A DNA stretch of 64,000 bases from Gammaproteobacteria bacterium. Its GTDB lineage: Bacteria; Pseudomonadota; Gammaproteobacteria; UBA4575. Below are positions 21,038 through 31,961 of this stretch, piece after piece. Each line of letters begins with the position of its first letter. Position 1 is the first letter of the stretch. Made by a program: the position numbers and the translations under genes. The notes beneath the pieces were generated by a model. That model saw nothing but the letters and a program-made list of their open reading frames with translations, searched no databases and was not told the DNA's origin. Where the stretch lies: NCBI GenBank assembly GCA_965222615.1, contig CBDCUI010000009.1:416001-480000 (forward strand). The letters are read 5' to 3'.

Positions 21038-22852
21038 TCAAGCATTAACCACTTTGCTTTGCTGATTTATTTGCATTTTGTATAAACCCGCATAGGCTTT
21101 ATTTTTTTGTAATAAATCTTGATGTTTTCCAACTTCTATTAAACGGCCTTTCTCCATTACCGCTATTCTATCTGCCTTTTCAATTGTGGATAAACGATGT
21201 GCGATCACTAAAGTAGTTCGGTTGGCTTGTAATAGTTCGAGAGCTGCTTGAATGTATTTTTCTGACTCGGTGTCTAATGATGATGTAGCTTCATCTAAAA
21301 TCAAAATAGGTGCATCTTTTAGCAATGCCCTGGCGATGGCGATGCGCTGTCGTTGACCACCGGAAAGTAATACACCGTTTTCACCCACTAGGGTATTTAA
21401 TTTCTCCGGCATCTTGTCAGTAAATTCTAAAACGCGCGCTGCCTTCGCTACTTGAATTATTTTAGGATTATTTGTGTCTAAATTCTGAGCATATGCAATA
21501 TTATTGGCTATGGTATCGTTAAATAAAACAACTTCCTGACTGACAAGTGACATCTGTTCACGCAATGCTCGTAAACTAATATCGTGAATATCATTTCCAT
21601 CAATTAGTATTTTACCTTGATCGATATCGTAAAATCTTGGCAACAAATTAACAATGGTGCTTTTACCACTTCCCGATTTACCAACCAAGGCAATCGTCTC
21701 TCCAGGCTCAATTACTAGATTGATATTTTCTAAAGCCTGCTCATCCCGCGTTGCATATTTGAAAGATACATTTTGATATTCAACTTTTCCTTTACAGTCC
21801 TTAATCTTACGAGATGATGTCTCAGGTTCTTTTTCTGTATCGATCAATGCAAATACACTTTGACCCGCAGCAATACCAGTTTGCAGTATCTCATTCACTA
21901 AGGTTAATTTTCTTGCTGGCGTTAAAATCCATATCATCGCTACAATAAAACTAACAAAACCCCCGGCAGATTCTTCTGATGCAATTTCAGGTCGTGCCGC
22001 GATAGCTAACACCGCTACTAGAACAAAGCCTACCAACATTTGAATAATTGGTGTGCTTGCGGCCTTGGTAATTACTTTACGAAGATTATTACGACGGTAT
22101 CTTTCATTTGCATGTTCAAACTTTTGAATTTCGTACTCTTGGCCCCCAAAAATTTTTACGATTCGATGCCCTGCGATACTTTCTTCCACGATATGCGTAA
22201 TCTTCCCAACTGATTCCTGCATACGGTTACTAAACTTTCTAAATAGTTTACTTGTATATCCAACCACTGCAGCAATTAATGGTGCGACGATTAAAAACAA
22301 CAACGTCAGCTTCCAATTATTTATAAACATTACCGCTAACAGGAAAATAATTTTAGACGTATCTTCGACAAGGCTGCGCAAACTCTTCACTGCGGCTCCA
22401 ATAACACGTTCTACGTCATAGGAAAACTTGGAAAGTAGCTCTCCTGTAGCTTGCTGGTCAAAGTATTGTGTAGGAAAGAATTGGATACGATCAAACATTT
22501 CTTGACGAAGCACTTTAATAACGTAAGCACCGATATAACCAATTAAGTATGTGCCCACAAAATTCGCAATACCACGCAAAATTATAATTACTAGTAATGC
22601 AATAGGTATCCATTTGATTTCAGCATAATTTTTATCAACATAGGTACTATCAATGAAAGGACCAAGTAAATACGCAATAGCGGCATCAAGCCCGGAAAAA
22701 ATGAGCAGAGCAATAGAGCCTAACAACAGATACTGCCACTTAGAGAAGGTATAGCTTAAAAGACGTCGATAGGTCTGCCAGCTAGATTGTTGTGAGAGTT
22801 TTTCGGTCATTGGACCTTTGAGATTACGGCTATTTTGGTTTTGAGGTCGCAA
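21038..22852 (-). CDS. msbA: Lipid A flippase ABC transporter (likely start 22810)
   Basis: TM domain plus GKSGSGKST, LSGGQRQR, ILDEATS; directly upstream of lpxK. Confidence 0.95.
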   Translation of the reverse strand: MRPQNQNSRNLKGPMTEKLSQQSSWQTYRRLLSYTFSKWQYLLLGSIALLIFSGLDAAIAYLLGPFIDSTYVDKNYAEIKWIPIALLVIIILRGIANFVGTYLIGYIGAYVIKVLRQEMFDRIQFFPTQYFDQQATGELLSKFSYDVERVIGAAVKSLRSLVEDTSKIIFLLAVMFINNWKLTLLFLIVAPLIAAVVGYTSKLFRKFSNRMQESVGKITHIVEESIAGHRIVKIFGGQEYEIQKFEHANERYRRNNLRKVITKAASTPIIQMLVGFVLVAVLAIAARPEIASEESAGGFVSFIVAMIWILTPARKLTLVNEILQTGIAAGQSVFALIDTEKEPETSSRKIKDCKGKVEYQNVSFKYATRDEQALENINLVIEPGETIALVGKSGSGKSTIVNLLPRFYDIDQGKILIDGNDIHDISLRALREQMSLVSQEVVLFNDTIANNIAYAQNLDTNNPKIIQVAKAARVLEFTDKMPEKLNTLVGENGVLLSGGQRQRIAIARALLKDAPILILDEATSSLDTESEKYIQAALELLQANRTTLVIAHRLSTIEKADRIAVMEKGRLIEVGKHQDLLQKNKAYAGLYKMQINQQSKVVNA

Positions 22853-23243
22853 TAGAAACTTTTGAAATTCCTACACGTGCAATTGTATCCATAGCAGTAA
22901 CCACCGCTTGATGAGGTGTTGTTGCATCTGCACGAATGATTACTCCTCTTTCTTTATTATCGCTAACTATTTTTTGCAGTGATTGATATAAAGTAGTTGC
23001 TTTATTGTCAAGTAAACTATTGCCGTTCACAAAGTAATACCCAGATTTATCAATCGTGATTTCTATTGGCACGACTTCAAGCGCTTGTTCCTCTGATGAA
23101 GCCTCTGGCAAATCCACCCTAAGTTCAGCCTGCTGGTTAAAGGTTGTGGTCACCATAAAAAATATAAGTAACAAAAACACCACATCGATAAGAGGTGTGA
23201 GGTTCACCTCAAGACGGTCTTCTTCTGCCCGACTAAAATTCAT
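22830..23243 (-). CDS. exbD: ExbD/TolR family protein
   Basis: NLTPLIDVVFLLLIFFMV motif. Confidence 0.88.
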   Translation of the reverse strand: MNFSRAEEDRLEVNLTPLIDVVFLLLIFFMVTTTFNQQAELRVDLPEASSEEQALEVVPIEITIDKSGYYFVNGNSLLDNKATTLYQSLQKIVSDNKERGVIIRADATTPHQAVVTAMDTIARVGISKVSIATSKPK

Positions 23244-23860
23244 TAAGAAGAGGCCCTACGCTGACCATGCATGACTTCTACCAATTTGATGGCCTCTTCT
23301 TCCATACCAACCACCAAACCATCTACTTTTCTTCGAAAGTAACGTACAAAGATTAAACTTGGAATCGCCACACATAACCCGGCAGCAGTCGTTATGAGTG
23401 CTTTTGAAATTCCACCTGCCAATTCCCCTGGGTCACCTACCCCTACACTGGTAATGACACTGAAGACTTGAATCATACCGATCACCGTCCCCAACAGACC
23501 TAATAAAGGTGAAATGGCTGCAATGGTCCCCAAGGTATTAAGAAACCGTTGTAGCTCATAGGCCACATGCCTGCCCGTTTCTTCGATCGACTCCTTCATA
23601 ATTTCGCGATCATACTTTTGATTGAGCAGTCCTGAAGCCAATATTCTGCCTAGCGGAGAGCTTTTGCGTATTTGCATAATACGATTCTCATCTAATTTGC
23701 CATCTTTACTCCATTGCCAAATCTTTGCCGCGAGATATTTGGGGGTGACTCGCTCTTTCTGCAAAGTCCAAAATCTTTCGATCACAATCGCAAGCGCTAC
23801 AATAGAACAGGCAATAATAGGTAGCATCAACCAGCCACCTGCTTTTACAATTTCATACAC
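23243..23860 (-). CDS. exbB: MotA/TolQ/ExbB proton channel
   Basis: PLLGLLGTVIGMI and GISKALITTAAGL motifs. Confidence 0.85.
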   Translation of the reverse strand: MYEIVKAGGWLMLPIIACSIVALAIVIERFWTLQKERVTPKYLAAKIWQWSKDGKLDENRIMQIRKSSPLGRILASGLLNQKYDREIMKESIEETGRHVAYELQRFLNTLGTIAAISPLLGLLGTVIGMIQVFSVITSVGVGDPGELAGGISKALITTAAGLCVAIPSLIFVRYFRRKVDGLVVGMEEEAIKLVEVMHGQRRASS

Positions 23861-23895
23861 TTAGCAGAACTCCTTAAATCATATTCTTATTAATT

Positions 23896-26199
23896 TTAAA
23901 ACCTAGAATGCCAAAATTTTTGACGTTCTTTACGGTAGCCCGCATCCAATTGCAAGCCTTCTTCACTAGAAAATACAAAGGTAATCATACCTTGTGAAGC
24001 CGTATCCATTAATGCACTACCAAAATCTTCATAACGTGCCACTACCTTCTCGTCAGGAAACCCATAAGAGTTTCGATAGCCTGTAGAAAATATCGCATAT
24101 TGAGGAGAAGTTGCTCGAATAAATGCTGTTGTTGAAGACGAATTGCTTCCATGGTGAGGAACGACTAGGACATCAGTATCAAGCAATTCCGCTTGATTTT
24201 CTACCAAAAATCGCTCAATCGAGCGCTCAATATCACCAGTTATCAGTACACTGCCAGCCAAATGCCTCGCCGATAACACACAAGAACGATTATTCCTGGA
24301 AAGTTGATGCGTTTTTTCCGGTGGATGTAAAAATTCAAAATGCACTCCATCCCATTCCCATCTCACTCCGCTCAAGCATGGACTTATTTGACCGTAATCT
24401 ATTTCAAATGGCTTGCTAGTAATTACACGTTTTACATCCATTTCCTCTAACACGCTTTGTACACCACCAGCATGATCTTTATCTGCATGGCTAACGATTA
24501 ACATGTCAATCTCATCTATTCCGCGTTCACGTAGATAGGGCACGACAACGGACTTGCCTGCATTGAAGCTGGTACCAAACTTAGGGCCAACATCGTAGAC
24601 TATTACGTATTCCGCACTTTCTAAGATCGTGGCAAGGCCTTGCCCGACATCCAAAATAGTTACTCTAAGTTCACCATCTTGAACTTGGTCGGAGGCAGGT
24701 GCTAATACCAAGGGAGAAAGTAGCACTAAGCTTAAAGCTTTCAACGGCCAGCCCCCGGGAGACAGCAATAATAGAATTCCAAATGCTGCTGGAATAAGTG
24801 CCCAGTCTGGCGTTGCATGAGACCACTTGGCTAGTGGAATTTCATGCAGATAGGTAAGTACCATCCAAAATACATCAATGGAGTAGTTAGCAAGCTGTAA
24901 CACTCCACTAGCTAAACCTTCGCTGATGGCTAACAATCCTGACCCAATCAACACCAATGGAACCACAATAAAGCTAACCCAAGGAACAGCAAAAAAGTTT
25001 GCTATTGGTGAAATCAAAGACGCTTGTTGGAAAAAAACTAAAGTTACTGGCAACAAACCCAGTGCCAAAATAAATTGCACTCGTGCCATATGAAATAGCC
25101 AAGATTGATTTTGTCGTTTTCCTGTAATCGCAAAAAAGATAAGTGCAACGGCTAGAAAAGACAGCCAGAATCCTGGAGCCAGCACTGCAAATGGATCCCA
25201 AACTAGCACGGCACATAGAGCGATTGCTAAGATATTCCATGGCTGCAGAGTTTTAGAAAAGTATATTGCCATAAACACAACTCCTGCCATGATCATGGCG
25301 CGCTGTGTAGGAATGGCAAAACCTGCCAACATTGCATATAAGACACTTGCCACGATTCCTGCTAATGCAGCAACTCGCTGAGCTGCCATATATAAACACA
25401 GTGTTTCGCTAAACCTCCATAGTCGTAAAACAATGAAAAAAACAAATCCTGAAATTAAACTAATATGTAATCCAGAAATGGCTAATAAGTGATTTGTCCC
25501 TGTTGCCGTGAGCATTTGCCATTTTTTTGTGCTCATTTCGCCTCTTTCACCTAATGCAAGCGCATTAATGACTGCGGTGTTTGTTCCAGACTCTACTTTT
25601 TGTAGTTGCTTATGCAGCCAAGCTCTTATGAAATATGCGACATGTTTTATTTCAGTAGCGTTTAATCTTTGATTCGATTTAGACTCTCTGACATAACCTG
25701 TTGCCCTAATGTCATGTTCAAATAGCCATTTCTCATAATCGAAGCTTCCTATATTTGCAAAACCCCAAGGTCGTTTAAGGCGAACACGAAGCTTCCAGTT
25801 TTCTCCTAGCTGTAGCGATGGGAATTTTCCATACCAGTTCAAACGGATTTTTTCTGGCACTACGACTTTTTCACCACTGTTGGCAAGCTTTGCATTTGCC
25901 ACGGAAAATTCAAAACGCACACTACGTTCTTGACTGGAAGGTATAGAAACAATTCTGCCAGTTACCTCGATATCAACACCTTCTAGGGACCGATCAAGTT
26001 CTGGATATAGTTTCAAATAGGCATGACCTATTCCCCACAAGAAGCCTATTGCAATCCCTGCCAACACAACAACACGTGGAAATTTAAATGCTAACCCTAT
26101 CGCTGGAAGCAATCCAAATATCCATTGCCAGTGGGGTAAGGTCTCAAACATTGTTAGAATGACGACACCTAACAAAAAAGCTATTGAAAACTTAATCAC
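23896..26199 (-). CDS. comEC: DNA uptake competence protein ComEC/Rec2
   Basis: HLLAISGLH, LDVGQG, SHADKDH and PHHGS motifs. Confidence 0.96.
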   Translation of the reverse strand: MIKFSIAFLLGVVILTMFETLPHWQWIFGLLPAIGLAFKFPRVVVLAGIAIGFLWGIGHAYLKLYPELDRSLEGVDIEVTGRIVSIPSSQERSVRFEFSVANAKLANSGEKVVVPEKIRLNWYGKFPSLQLGENWKLRVRLKRPWGFANIGSFDYEKWLFEHDIRATGYVRESKSNQRLNATEIKHVAYFIRAWLHKQLQKVESGTNTAVINALALGERGEMSTKKWQMLTATGTNHLLAISGLHISLISGFVFFIVLRLWRFSETLCLYMAAQRVAALAGIVASVLYAMLAGFAIPTQRAMIMAGVVFMAIYFSKTLQPWNILAIALCAVLVWDPFAVLAPGFWLSFLAVALIFFAITGKRQNQSWLFHMARVQFILALGLLPVTLVFFQQASLISPIANFFAVPWVSFIVVPLVLIGSGLLAISEGLASGVLQLANYSIDVFWMVLTYLHEIPLAKWSHATPDWALIPAAFGILLLLSPGGWPLKALSLVLLSPLVLAPASDQVQDGELRVTILDVGQGLATILESAEYVIVYDVGPKFGTSFNAGKSVVVPYLRERGIDEIDMLIVSHADKDHAGGVQSVLEEMDVKRVITSKPFEIDYGQISPCLSGVRWEWDGVHFEFLHPPEKTHQLSRNNRSCVLSARHLAGSVLITGDIERSIERFLVENQAELLDTDVLVVPHHGSNSSSTTAFIRATSPQYAIFSTGYRNSYGFPDEKVVARYEDFGSALMDTASQGMITFVFSSEEGLQLDAGYRKERQKFWHSRF

Positions 26200-26277
26200 T
26201 TAAAAAATTATTTGAATAGTGACAAATAGAAACCAAGTTCAATCTAACAACCAGCCACCTATGATAAACATCTGACT

Positions 26278-26814
26278 ATGCCACGCAAATTTCTGAAAAA
26301 GTTTTTTCCTAGTCAACTAGTTCAAAAAGATAAGTCACTTGGAGTTTTCGGGGAATATCTTCACGATAGGAATCTATGGCACATGAATCGCAGATCGGTA
26401 TCGGTGGCTTGTGCAGTTGGTTTATTTTGCGCTTTTATTCCGATTCCATTTCAAATGTTACTGGCAGCAGGAATAGCAATTATTGTACGTTGCAACTTAC
26501 CTATTTCAGTGGCACTGGTATGGATTACTAACCCTATCACCATGCCTGCATTATTTTTCCTCGCTTACAAGGTTGGTGCTTGGCTCACGAATGTACACCT
26601 TGGGCCCTTTGAGTTCGAACTCAGTCTTAATTGGTTATTTACAGAGCTGCGAGAAAGATGGCGACCGTTTTTAGTGGGTTGCTTATTTGTAGGTACGTTA
26701 TCGGGTTTAATTGGGTTTATTGCCGCGAGACTAGCTTGGCGAGCTTATGTTGTCTCATTTTGGAGAAATAGACGACTACGAAAATTACGCCAATTAGAAA
26801 CTAGGTCAAAGTAA
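26278..26814 (+). CDS. DUF2062 membrane protein
   Basis: LWHMNRRSV...VGLF.AFIP.PFQM and VWITNP.T motifs; usual position between lolD and comEC. Confidence 0.85.
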   Translation: MPRKFLKKFFPSQLVQKDKSLGVFGEYLHDRNLWHMNRRSVSVACAVGLFCAFIPIPFQMLLAAGIAIIVRCNLPISVALVWITNPITMPALFFLAYKVGAWLTNVHLGPFEFELSLNWLFTELRERWRPFLVGCLFVGTLSGLIGFIAARLAWRAYVVSFWRNRRLRKLRQLETRSK

Positions 26815-26815
26815 A

Positions 26816-27568
26816 TTACAACTCAGACAATTTACCATCTTCAAGCTCATAGGTTTTATTCATCGCTTCGGCAATATTATGGTCATGCGTAACGATGACT
26901 ACCGCAGTGCCAAGCTCTTCATTTAATTCCAACATGAGTTGCTGGACCTGGGTGGCATTTTTACGGTCAAGATTACCGGTGGGTTCGTCAGCAAGAATAA
27001 CTTTAGGCTTAGTCACCAATGCCCTTGCAATCGCCACACGTTGTCTTTCACCTCCCGAGAGTTCAGTAGGCTTATGTGCAACTCGCTTGGACAATCCCAC
27101 CCTGGCTAAAAACTCTTTGGCTTGATCAGTCGTTTGTGAAATCGACCTGCCACGCAAAAATAAAGGCATCGCCACATTTTCCAGTGCAGTGAATTCAGGT
27201 AACAGATGATGAAATTGATAGATAAATCCCAATGATTGATTGCGCAAGTGTCCGCGCTCTGCATCAGATAATTTTGACATGTCCTCACCACATACAAATA
27301 CGCTACCTGAATTTGGAACATCAAGGCCTCCTAATAAGTGCATTAATGTACTTTTGCCACTTCCAGAGGCTCCCACAATAGCGACCTTGCTACTGCTGTC
27401 GACACTAAAGTTAACACCTTTCAGTGCTTCCACACGCAATGGACCACTCTCAAATGTCTTAACAAGATCTTGGCAACTGAGCACTTCGCTTATGGTATTG
27501 TTATTCATAGCGTAGGGCTTCTGCAGGCTGAGTACGAGCCGCTTTGCGTGCAGGATAAATCGTAGCAA
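26816..27568 (-). CDS. lolD: Lipoprotein-releasing ABC ATPase (likely start 27508)
   Basis: GASGSGKST, GFIYQFHHLLPEF and LSGGERQR motifs. Confidence 0.96.
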   Translation of the reverse strand: MLRFILHAKRLVLSLQKPYAMNNNTISEVLSCQDLVKTFESGPLRVEALKGVNFSVDSSSKVAIVGASGSGKSTLMHLLGGLDVPNSGSVFVCGEDMSKLSDAERGHLRNQSLGFIYQFHHLLPEFTALENVAMPLFLRGRSISQTTDQAKEFLARVGLSKRVAHKPTELSGGERQRVAIARALVTKPKVILADEPTGNLDRKNATQVQQLMLELNEELGTAVVIVTHDHNIAEAMNKTYELEDGKLSEL

Positions 27569-28748
27569 GCACTGTAATTACAAAGGCAACTAAACAAATT
27601 TGCATAACTTCGCTAGGAATAATCTCAGAAGGAAAATCACTTATCGGATATACATCTGGCGCTAAAATTTTTGTCCCTAATAAATTTTCAACACTTCTGA
27701 CAATACTCTCAAGGTTAGATGCCAATAAAACACCACCGATTGCACCTAACAATGTACCTACTAAGCCAATCACAGTGCCTTGTACCATAAAAATACCCAT
27801 AACACTTTTTGGTGTAACTCCTAAAGTACGCAATATGGCAATATCACTTTGCTTTTCTGTAACCACCATGACTAACATAGACACAATATTAAAAGCTGCG
27901 ACTAAAACGATAAGTATCATAATGATAAACATCATGGTCTTTTCCATTTTTAAAGCACGAAAAAAGTTTCGATTATGATCTGTCCAATTAGTCACCCAAT
28001 AATCCTTCCCTAATTGTTCGCGTAAACTTTTTGTAATGGCAGGGGCATCAAATAAATCTTCTATTTTCAGGCGTAAGCCTGTTACTGACTCACCTAAACG
28101 AAACAAGCGCTTTGCATCTTCAATATGAACAGCCGCCGTATTGCGATCATATTGAGGCATTCCTACTTGGTAATAACCTACTACGGTAAATCTTCTAAAC
28201 TTGGGTAAGATTCCAGCTGGAGTAACTGTAGCTTCAGGAGTAATTAAAGTAATTTTTTCGCCGATCTCTACATTTAAGTAGTTTGCCAAATCAATCCCTA
28301 GCAAAATACCGAACTCACTAGGCTTGAGAACATCTAAGTTGGCATCAAGAAGATGTTCTCCTATCCGTGAGACCTTACTTTCAAACCGTGGATCGATTCC
28401 GCTTAACATCGCACCTGTTACTTGTTTACCGTGTATGATCATGCTTTGACCCTGCACATAGGGTGCACTACCTTTAATCAGGGGACTATCTTTCAGCTCT
28501 TGTTCAACCGTTTGCCAATTTCGCAACTTTCCATTTAATTCAAGTACGGTTGCATGAGCGGTCATACTTAATATTCGATCTTTAATCTCATGCTGAAAAC
28601 CATTCATCACGGATAACACCGTAATAATTACTGTGATGCCCAGGGCCAAACTGAATACAGCAATAATCGAAATAAATGAGATAAAGTGATTGCGCCGTTT
28701 GGCACGTAAATAGCGTGAACCTACGAATAATTCTAGCGGACGAAACAT
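27501..28748 (-). CDS. Lipoprotein-releasing ABC permease LolC/E (single gene)
   Basis: RYLRAKRRN.FISFIS, LSVMNGF and PAEALRYE motifs. Confidence 0.93.
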   Translation of the reverse strand: MFRPLELFVGSRYLRAKRRNHFISFISIIAVFSLALGITVIITVLSVMNGFQHEIKDRILSMTAHATVLELNGKLRNWQTVEQELKDSPLIKGSAPYVQGQSMIIHGKQVTGAMLSGIDPRFESKVSRIGEHLLDANLDVLKPSEFGILLGIDLANYLNVEIGEKITLITPEATVTPAGILPKFRRFTVVGYYQVGMPQYDRNTAAVHIEDAKRLFRLGESVTGLRLKIEDLFDAPAITKSLREQLGKDYWVTNWTDHNRNFFRALKMEKTMMFIIMILIVLVAAFNIVSMLVMVVTEKQSDIAILRTLGVTPKSVMGIFMVQGTVIGLVGTLLGAIGGVLLASNLESIVRSVENLLGTKILAPDVYPISDFPSEIIPSEVMQICLVAFVITVLATIYPARKAARTQPAEALRYE

Positions 28749-28987
28749 AGAATAGGCGATATTTTACGAGGTTAAATTAGTTGAAAAATATGTTACAAAC
28801 TATTGATAATAATGAATATCTAGTGGGTCATCCAATCTATTCTGTGCATAAATAGATGATTTCGATATTAGTCCTCAGGTTGCGCATAGAGTTCAAACCA
28901 CTCAGTATGCTTACACTTGGTCCGTTAAATGTCGACTATTATCCTACCCGTAATTCGTCCTGGTTCCAGCTAGTTTGAGGCAATGCT

Positions 28988-29305
28988 ATGATCTATTCAC
29001 AAAAATTAGCCAGTGATAGATCTATGTACAAATTAATCATCCCTGCCCTTTGTCTTGCTTTTTTTATGACAGCCACATTACAGGTAAATGCTCAAGTAGT
29101 GAAGACTCCTACTAGTAACGCTCACGTAGTGGTTAACTCAAATGTACCAACAAGGGGTTTGACTAAAGTACAAGTAGAATCTCGATTTGGCCAACCACAC
29201 TCACGCCAAGGACCTACCGGTATTCCAGCCATCTACCGTTGGAACTATGATGGTTATTCGGTTTTCTTCGAAAATAATCACGTAATACACTCTGTAATAC
29301 ATTGA
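28988..29305 (+). CDS. Small exported conserved protein (SmpA-like fold possible)
   Basis: Signal peptide; PTRG.TK.QVE.RFGQP...I.RW.Y...VFFE...VIHSV. Confidence 0.65.
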   Translation: MIYSQKLASDRSMYKLIIPALCLAFFMTATLQVNAQVVKTPTSNAHVVVNSNVPTRGLTKVQVESRFGQPHSRQGPTGIPAIYRWNYDGYSVFFENNHVIHSVIH

Positions 29306-29365
29306 TTCGAGCTTTAGTAGCTTTCAAAATAAAGCTTGTCTAAATAAACACTCAAGTAACGATTT

Positions 29366-30397
29366 GTGAGTCTCAATCGGCTTGCTCCCGAATGGGAGCG
29401 ACAAGATGCCATTATTATTGTCTGGCCACATTCTTTTTCAGATTGGGCATCCAATTTAGAACCTGTTGAAACTACCTATACAGACATTTGTAAACATATT
29501 TGCCAGCACCAAACTATAATAATTGTCGCCTATAACAAAGAACATCAGCACCACATAGAACAACGGCTAGAAAGCTCTTCAATTGTAGGTGAAAACATTG
29601 CATTTATAACGATTCCAACCAACGATACCTGGGTGCGTGATTATGGTCCTATTTGTGTTGCTGCTGGACAAGGCAAAACGATTCTTGATTTTGAATTTGA
29701 TGCCTGGGGCGAAAAATATGCATACGATTTGGATAATGCCTTTACGACTAAACTTCTAGAACAGCTTAAATTAGATATCCCACGTCAAGCTATTGAGCTC
29801 GTTATCGAAGCCGGCAATCTTGAAGTAAACAACCGAGGTGCTCTGCTTTGCTCTAGCACCTGTTTCCAACGCAAAAGTTATGGCACTGCAATTGATTTAG
29901 CGTATTTAGAAAAACGATTTTATGATTGCTTTGGTTGCAATAGCATTCACTGGATACACGATGTGAAATTAGTTGGAGATGATACGGATGGTCATATTGA
30001 TACTCTAGCGCGTTTTTGTGCAGACGACATCATTATTTATACTTCTACAAATAACTATCAAGATCCTAATAACGAAGCTCTACATCAGCTTGCTATACAG
30101 CTGCAATCTCTTCAAAAACAAAATCATAATAGCATTGAATTAGTACCGCTACCTTTGCCTGAACCTATTTTTTCCGCTAATCAACAATTGCCAGCTAGCT
30201 ATACGAACTTTTTAATCACAAATGAGTCGGTACTTGTGCCTATATTTAAAGATCAACAAGACGCTACTGTACTTAAGCTTATGGAAGAATTATTCCCTAC
30301 ACGCAAGATAATTGGTGTAAATAGTAATGTTTTGATTCAACAGTTTGGCGGGATACACTGTGCCACCATACAAATTCCTAAAGGCATTTTACAGTGA
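29366..30397 (+). CDS. aguA: Agmatine deiminase family protein
   Basis: PEWE.Q, NDTWVRDYGP, DDTDGHID and GGIHCAT (catalytic Cys) motifs. Confidence 0.88.
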   Translation: MSLNRLAPEWERQDAIIIVWPHSFSDWASNLEPVETTYTDICKHICQHQTIIIVAYNKEHQHHIEQRLESSSIVGENIAFITIPTNDTWVRDYGPICVAAGQGKTILDFEFDAWGEKYAYDLDNAFTTKLLEQLKLDIPRQAIELVIEAGNLEVNNRGALLCSSTCFQRKSYGTAIDLAYLEKRFYDCFGCNSIHWIHDVKLVGDDTDGHIDTLARFCADDIIIYTSTNNYQDPNNEALHQLAIQLQSLQKQNHNSIELVPLPLPEPIFSANQQLPASYTNFLITNESVLVPIFKDQQDATVLKLMEELFPTRKIIGVNSNVLIQQFGGIHCATIQIPKGILQ

Positions 30398-31281
30398 AAA
30401 AAATAAGTGCCGCTCTTATCCAGCAACAAATGCAAGCGGATTATCATGCAAATCTTGAATACAGTCTTGAGCAAATAAACTATGCCGCAAGCGAGGGGGC
30501 TGACTTAGCGGTACTTTGTGAATTACATACCAGCTTATATTTTTGTCAACAAGAGTCTACACAATATTTTGACCTTGCCCAGCCAATACCTGGACCGCTC
30601 ACACAAACGCTCAGTCAAGCTGCCAGGGATAGTAAAATTGTGATTGTCGGTTCAGTTTTTGAAAAACGTACTGCAGGCCTCTATCACAACACCGCTGTTG
30701 TTTTTGATAAAGACGGTAAGCTAGCTGGTATGTACCGTAAGATGCATATTCCAGATGATCCAGGCTATTACGAAAAGTATTATTTTGCCTTTGGTGATCT
30801 TGGTTTCACACCGATAGCAACTTCTATTGGCAAACTCGGTGTGCTGATATGTTGGGACCAATGGTTTCCTGAAGCTGCACGACTGATGGCCTTAGCGGGG
30901 GCACAATTGCTTGTTTATCCTTCTGCAATTGGGTGGGACACACAAGACGATAACAGCGAGCAACAACGGCAGCTAGATGCCTGGAAGACCATCCAACAAA
31001 GCCATGCTATTGCCAACAACTTGCCTGTCATTTGTGTAAATCGTGTTGGACATGAGCTTGACATTTCAGGTAAGACTTCAGGTATAAATTTTTGGGGCCA
31101 GTCATTTTCAACTGATGCCTTCGGCAAAATAAACTCACAATGTTCTGCAGACAATGCTGAAACCAAAATAACGACTATTGATTTATCAGAAACAGAATCG
31201 ATACGACAAACATGGCCATATTTGCGAGACAGGCGTGTAGATGCTTACCAAAATATTGATAAACGATTTATAGATAAATAA
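30394..31281 (+). CDS. aguB: N-carbamoylputrescine amidase (carbon-nitrogen hydrolase)
   Basis: YRKMHIPDDPGYYEKYYF and ICWDQWFPEAAR motifs; overlaps the aguA stop. Confidence 0.85.
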   Translation: MKKISAALIQQQMQADYHANLEYSLEQINYAASEGADLAVLCELHTSLYFCQQESTQYFDLAQPIPGPLTQTLSQAARDSKIVIVGSVFEKRTAGLYHNTAVVFDKDGKLAGMYRKMHIPDDPGYYEKYYFAFGDLGFTPIATSIGKLGVLICWDQWFPEAARLMALAGAQLLVYPSAIGWDTQDDNSEQQRQLDAWKTIQQSHAIANNLPVICVNRVGHELDISGKTSGINFWGQSFSTDAFGKINSQCSADNAETKITTIDLSETESIRQTWPYLRDRRVDAYQNIDKRFIDK

Positions 31282-31289
31282 CTCGATAG

Positions 31290-31532
31290 TTAATCAGTAT
31301 TTTCGTTCTTGTTAGCTCTACTGAAAAATAAATAGAAATTCTGCAAGCTCATGCCTAACAATATAATTGCCATCACGGCAATTCCCAATAACACGATTAG
31401 TCCCAGCTCGCCTTCCCAAGTTATGCTAAAGAGCTGTACTTGATTGGTATCTCGAAACTCACCATATTTTGGGATCAAGCGCGATACAAATAAAAGACAT
31501 ATAAGTAGAAAAATAAAGCCCTTTATAAGCAT
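31290..31532 (-). CDS. Small membrane hypothetical protein
   Basis: Two hydrophobic segments; starts 5 nt after the preceding gene on the same strand. Confidence 0.5.
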   Translation of the reverse strand: MLIKGFIFLLICLLFVSRLIPKYGEFRDTNQVQLFSITWEGELGLIVLLGIAVMAIILLGMSLQNFYLFFSRANKNENTD

Positions 31533-31537
31533 TTTAT

Positions 31538-31786
31538 TTAGTTAATATTTCTTAATACTAGGTAAGGTACCAAGAAGAATATAATTACTAATAACTTGAA
31601 CAACCCTATCAGCATGTAGTGAGTAGAATCAAATTTTTCCACTGACATCTCAAACCACTTGCCATGCAATTTATACATCCAATCGTGTCCAACTATAAAA
31701 AACAGCAACCAAACTACTAAAAGCCCTATGTAAATTAAGCTGCACCATGCAAGAACGTTTTGTATTAATTCAAGGTTCATTACCAC
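31538..31786 (-). CDS. DUF6868-like small membrane protein
   Basis: WC..I..GLL..W...HDWMYKLHGKWF...FD..HY...FK......LVPY pattern; GAGGT RBS. Confidence 0.75.
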   Translation of the reverse strand: MVMNLELIQNVLAWCSLIYIGLLVVWLLFFIVGHDWMYKLHGKWFEMSVEKFDSTHYMLIGLFKLLVIIFFLVPYLVLRNIN

Positions 31787-31961
31787 CTCACATATACAAT
31801 AGTAATACTCATTAATATTCTTTTTTTAGGATATACCTAAGTGGAATGGATTTAAATCTAGTGATAGCTAAGTATTTGATTAATACTTAGCTACCTAGCT
31901 GGTTGCACATCAAAAAATGGATGATAGCAGTTGGTTTTGTGGCGCTAGTATAAGAATTGAC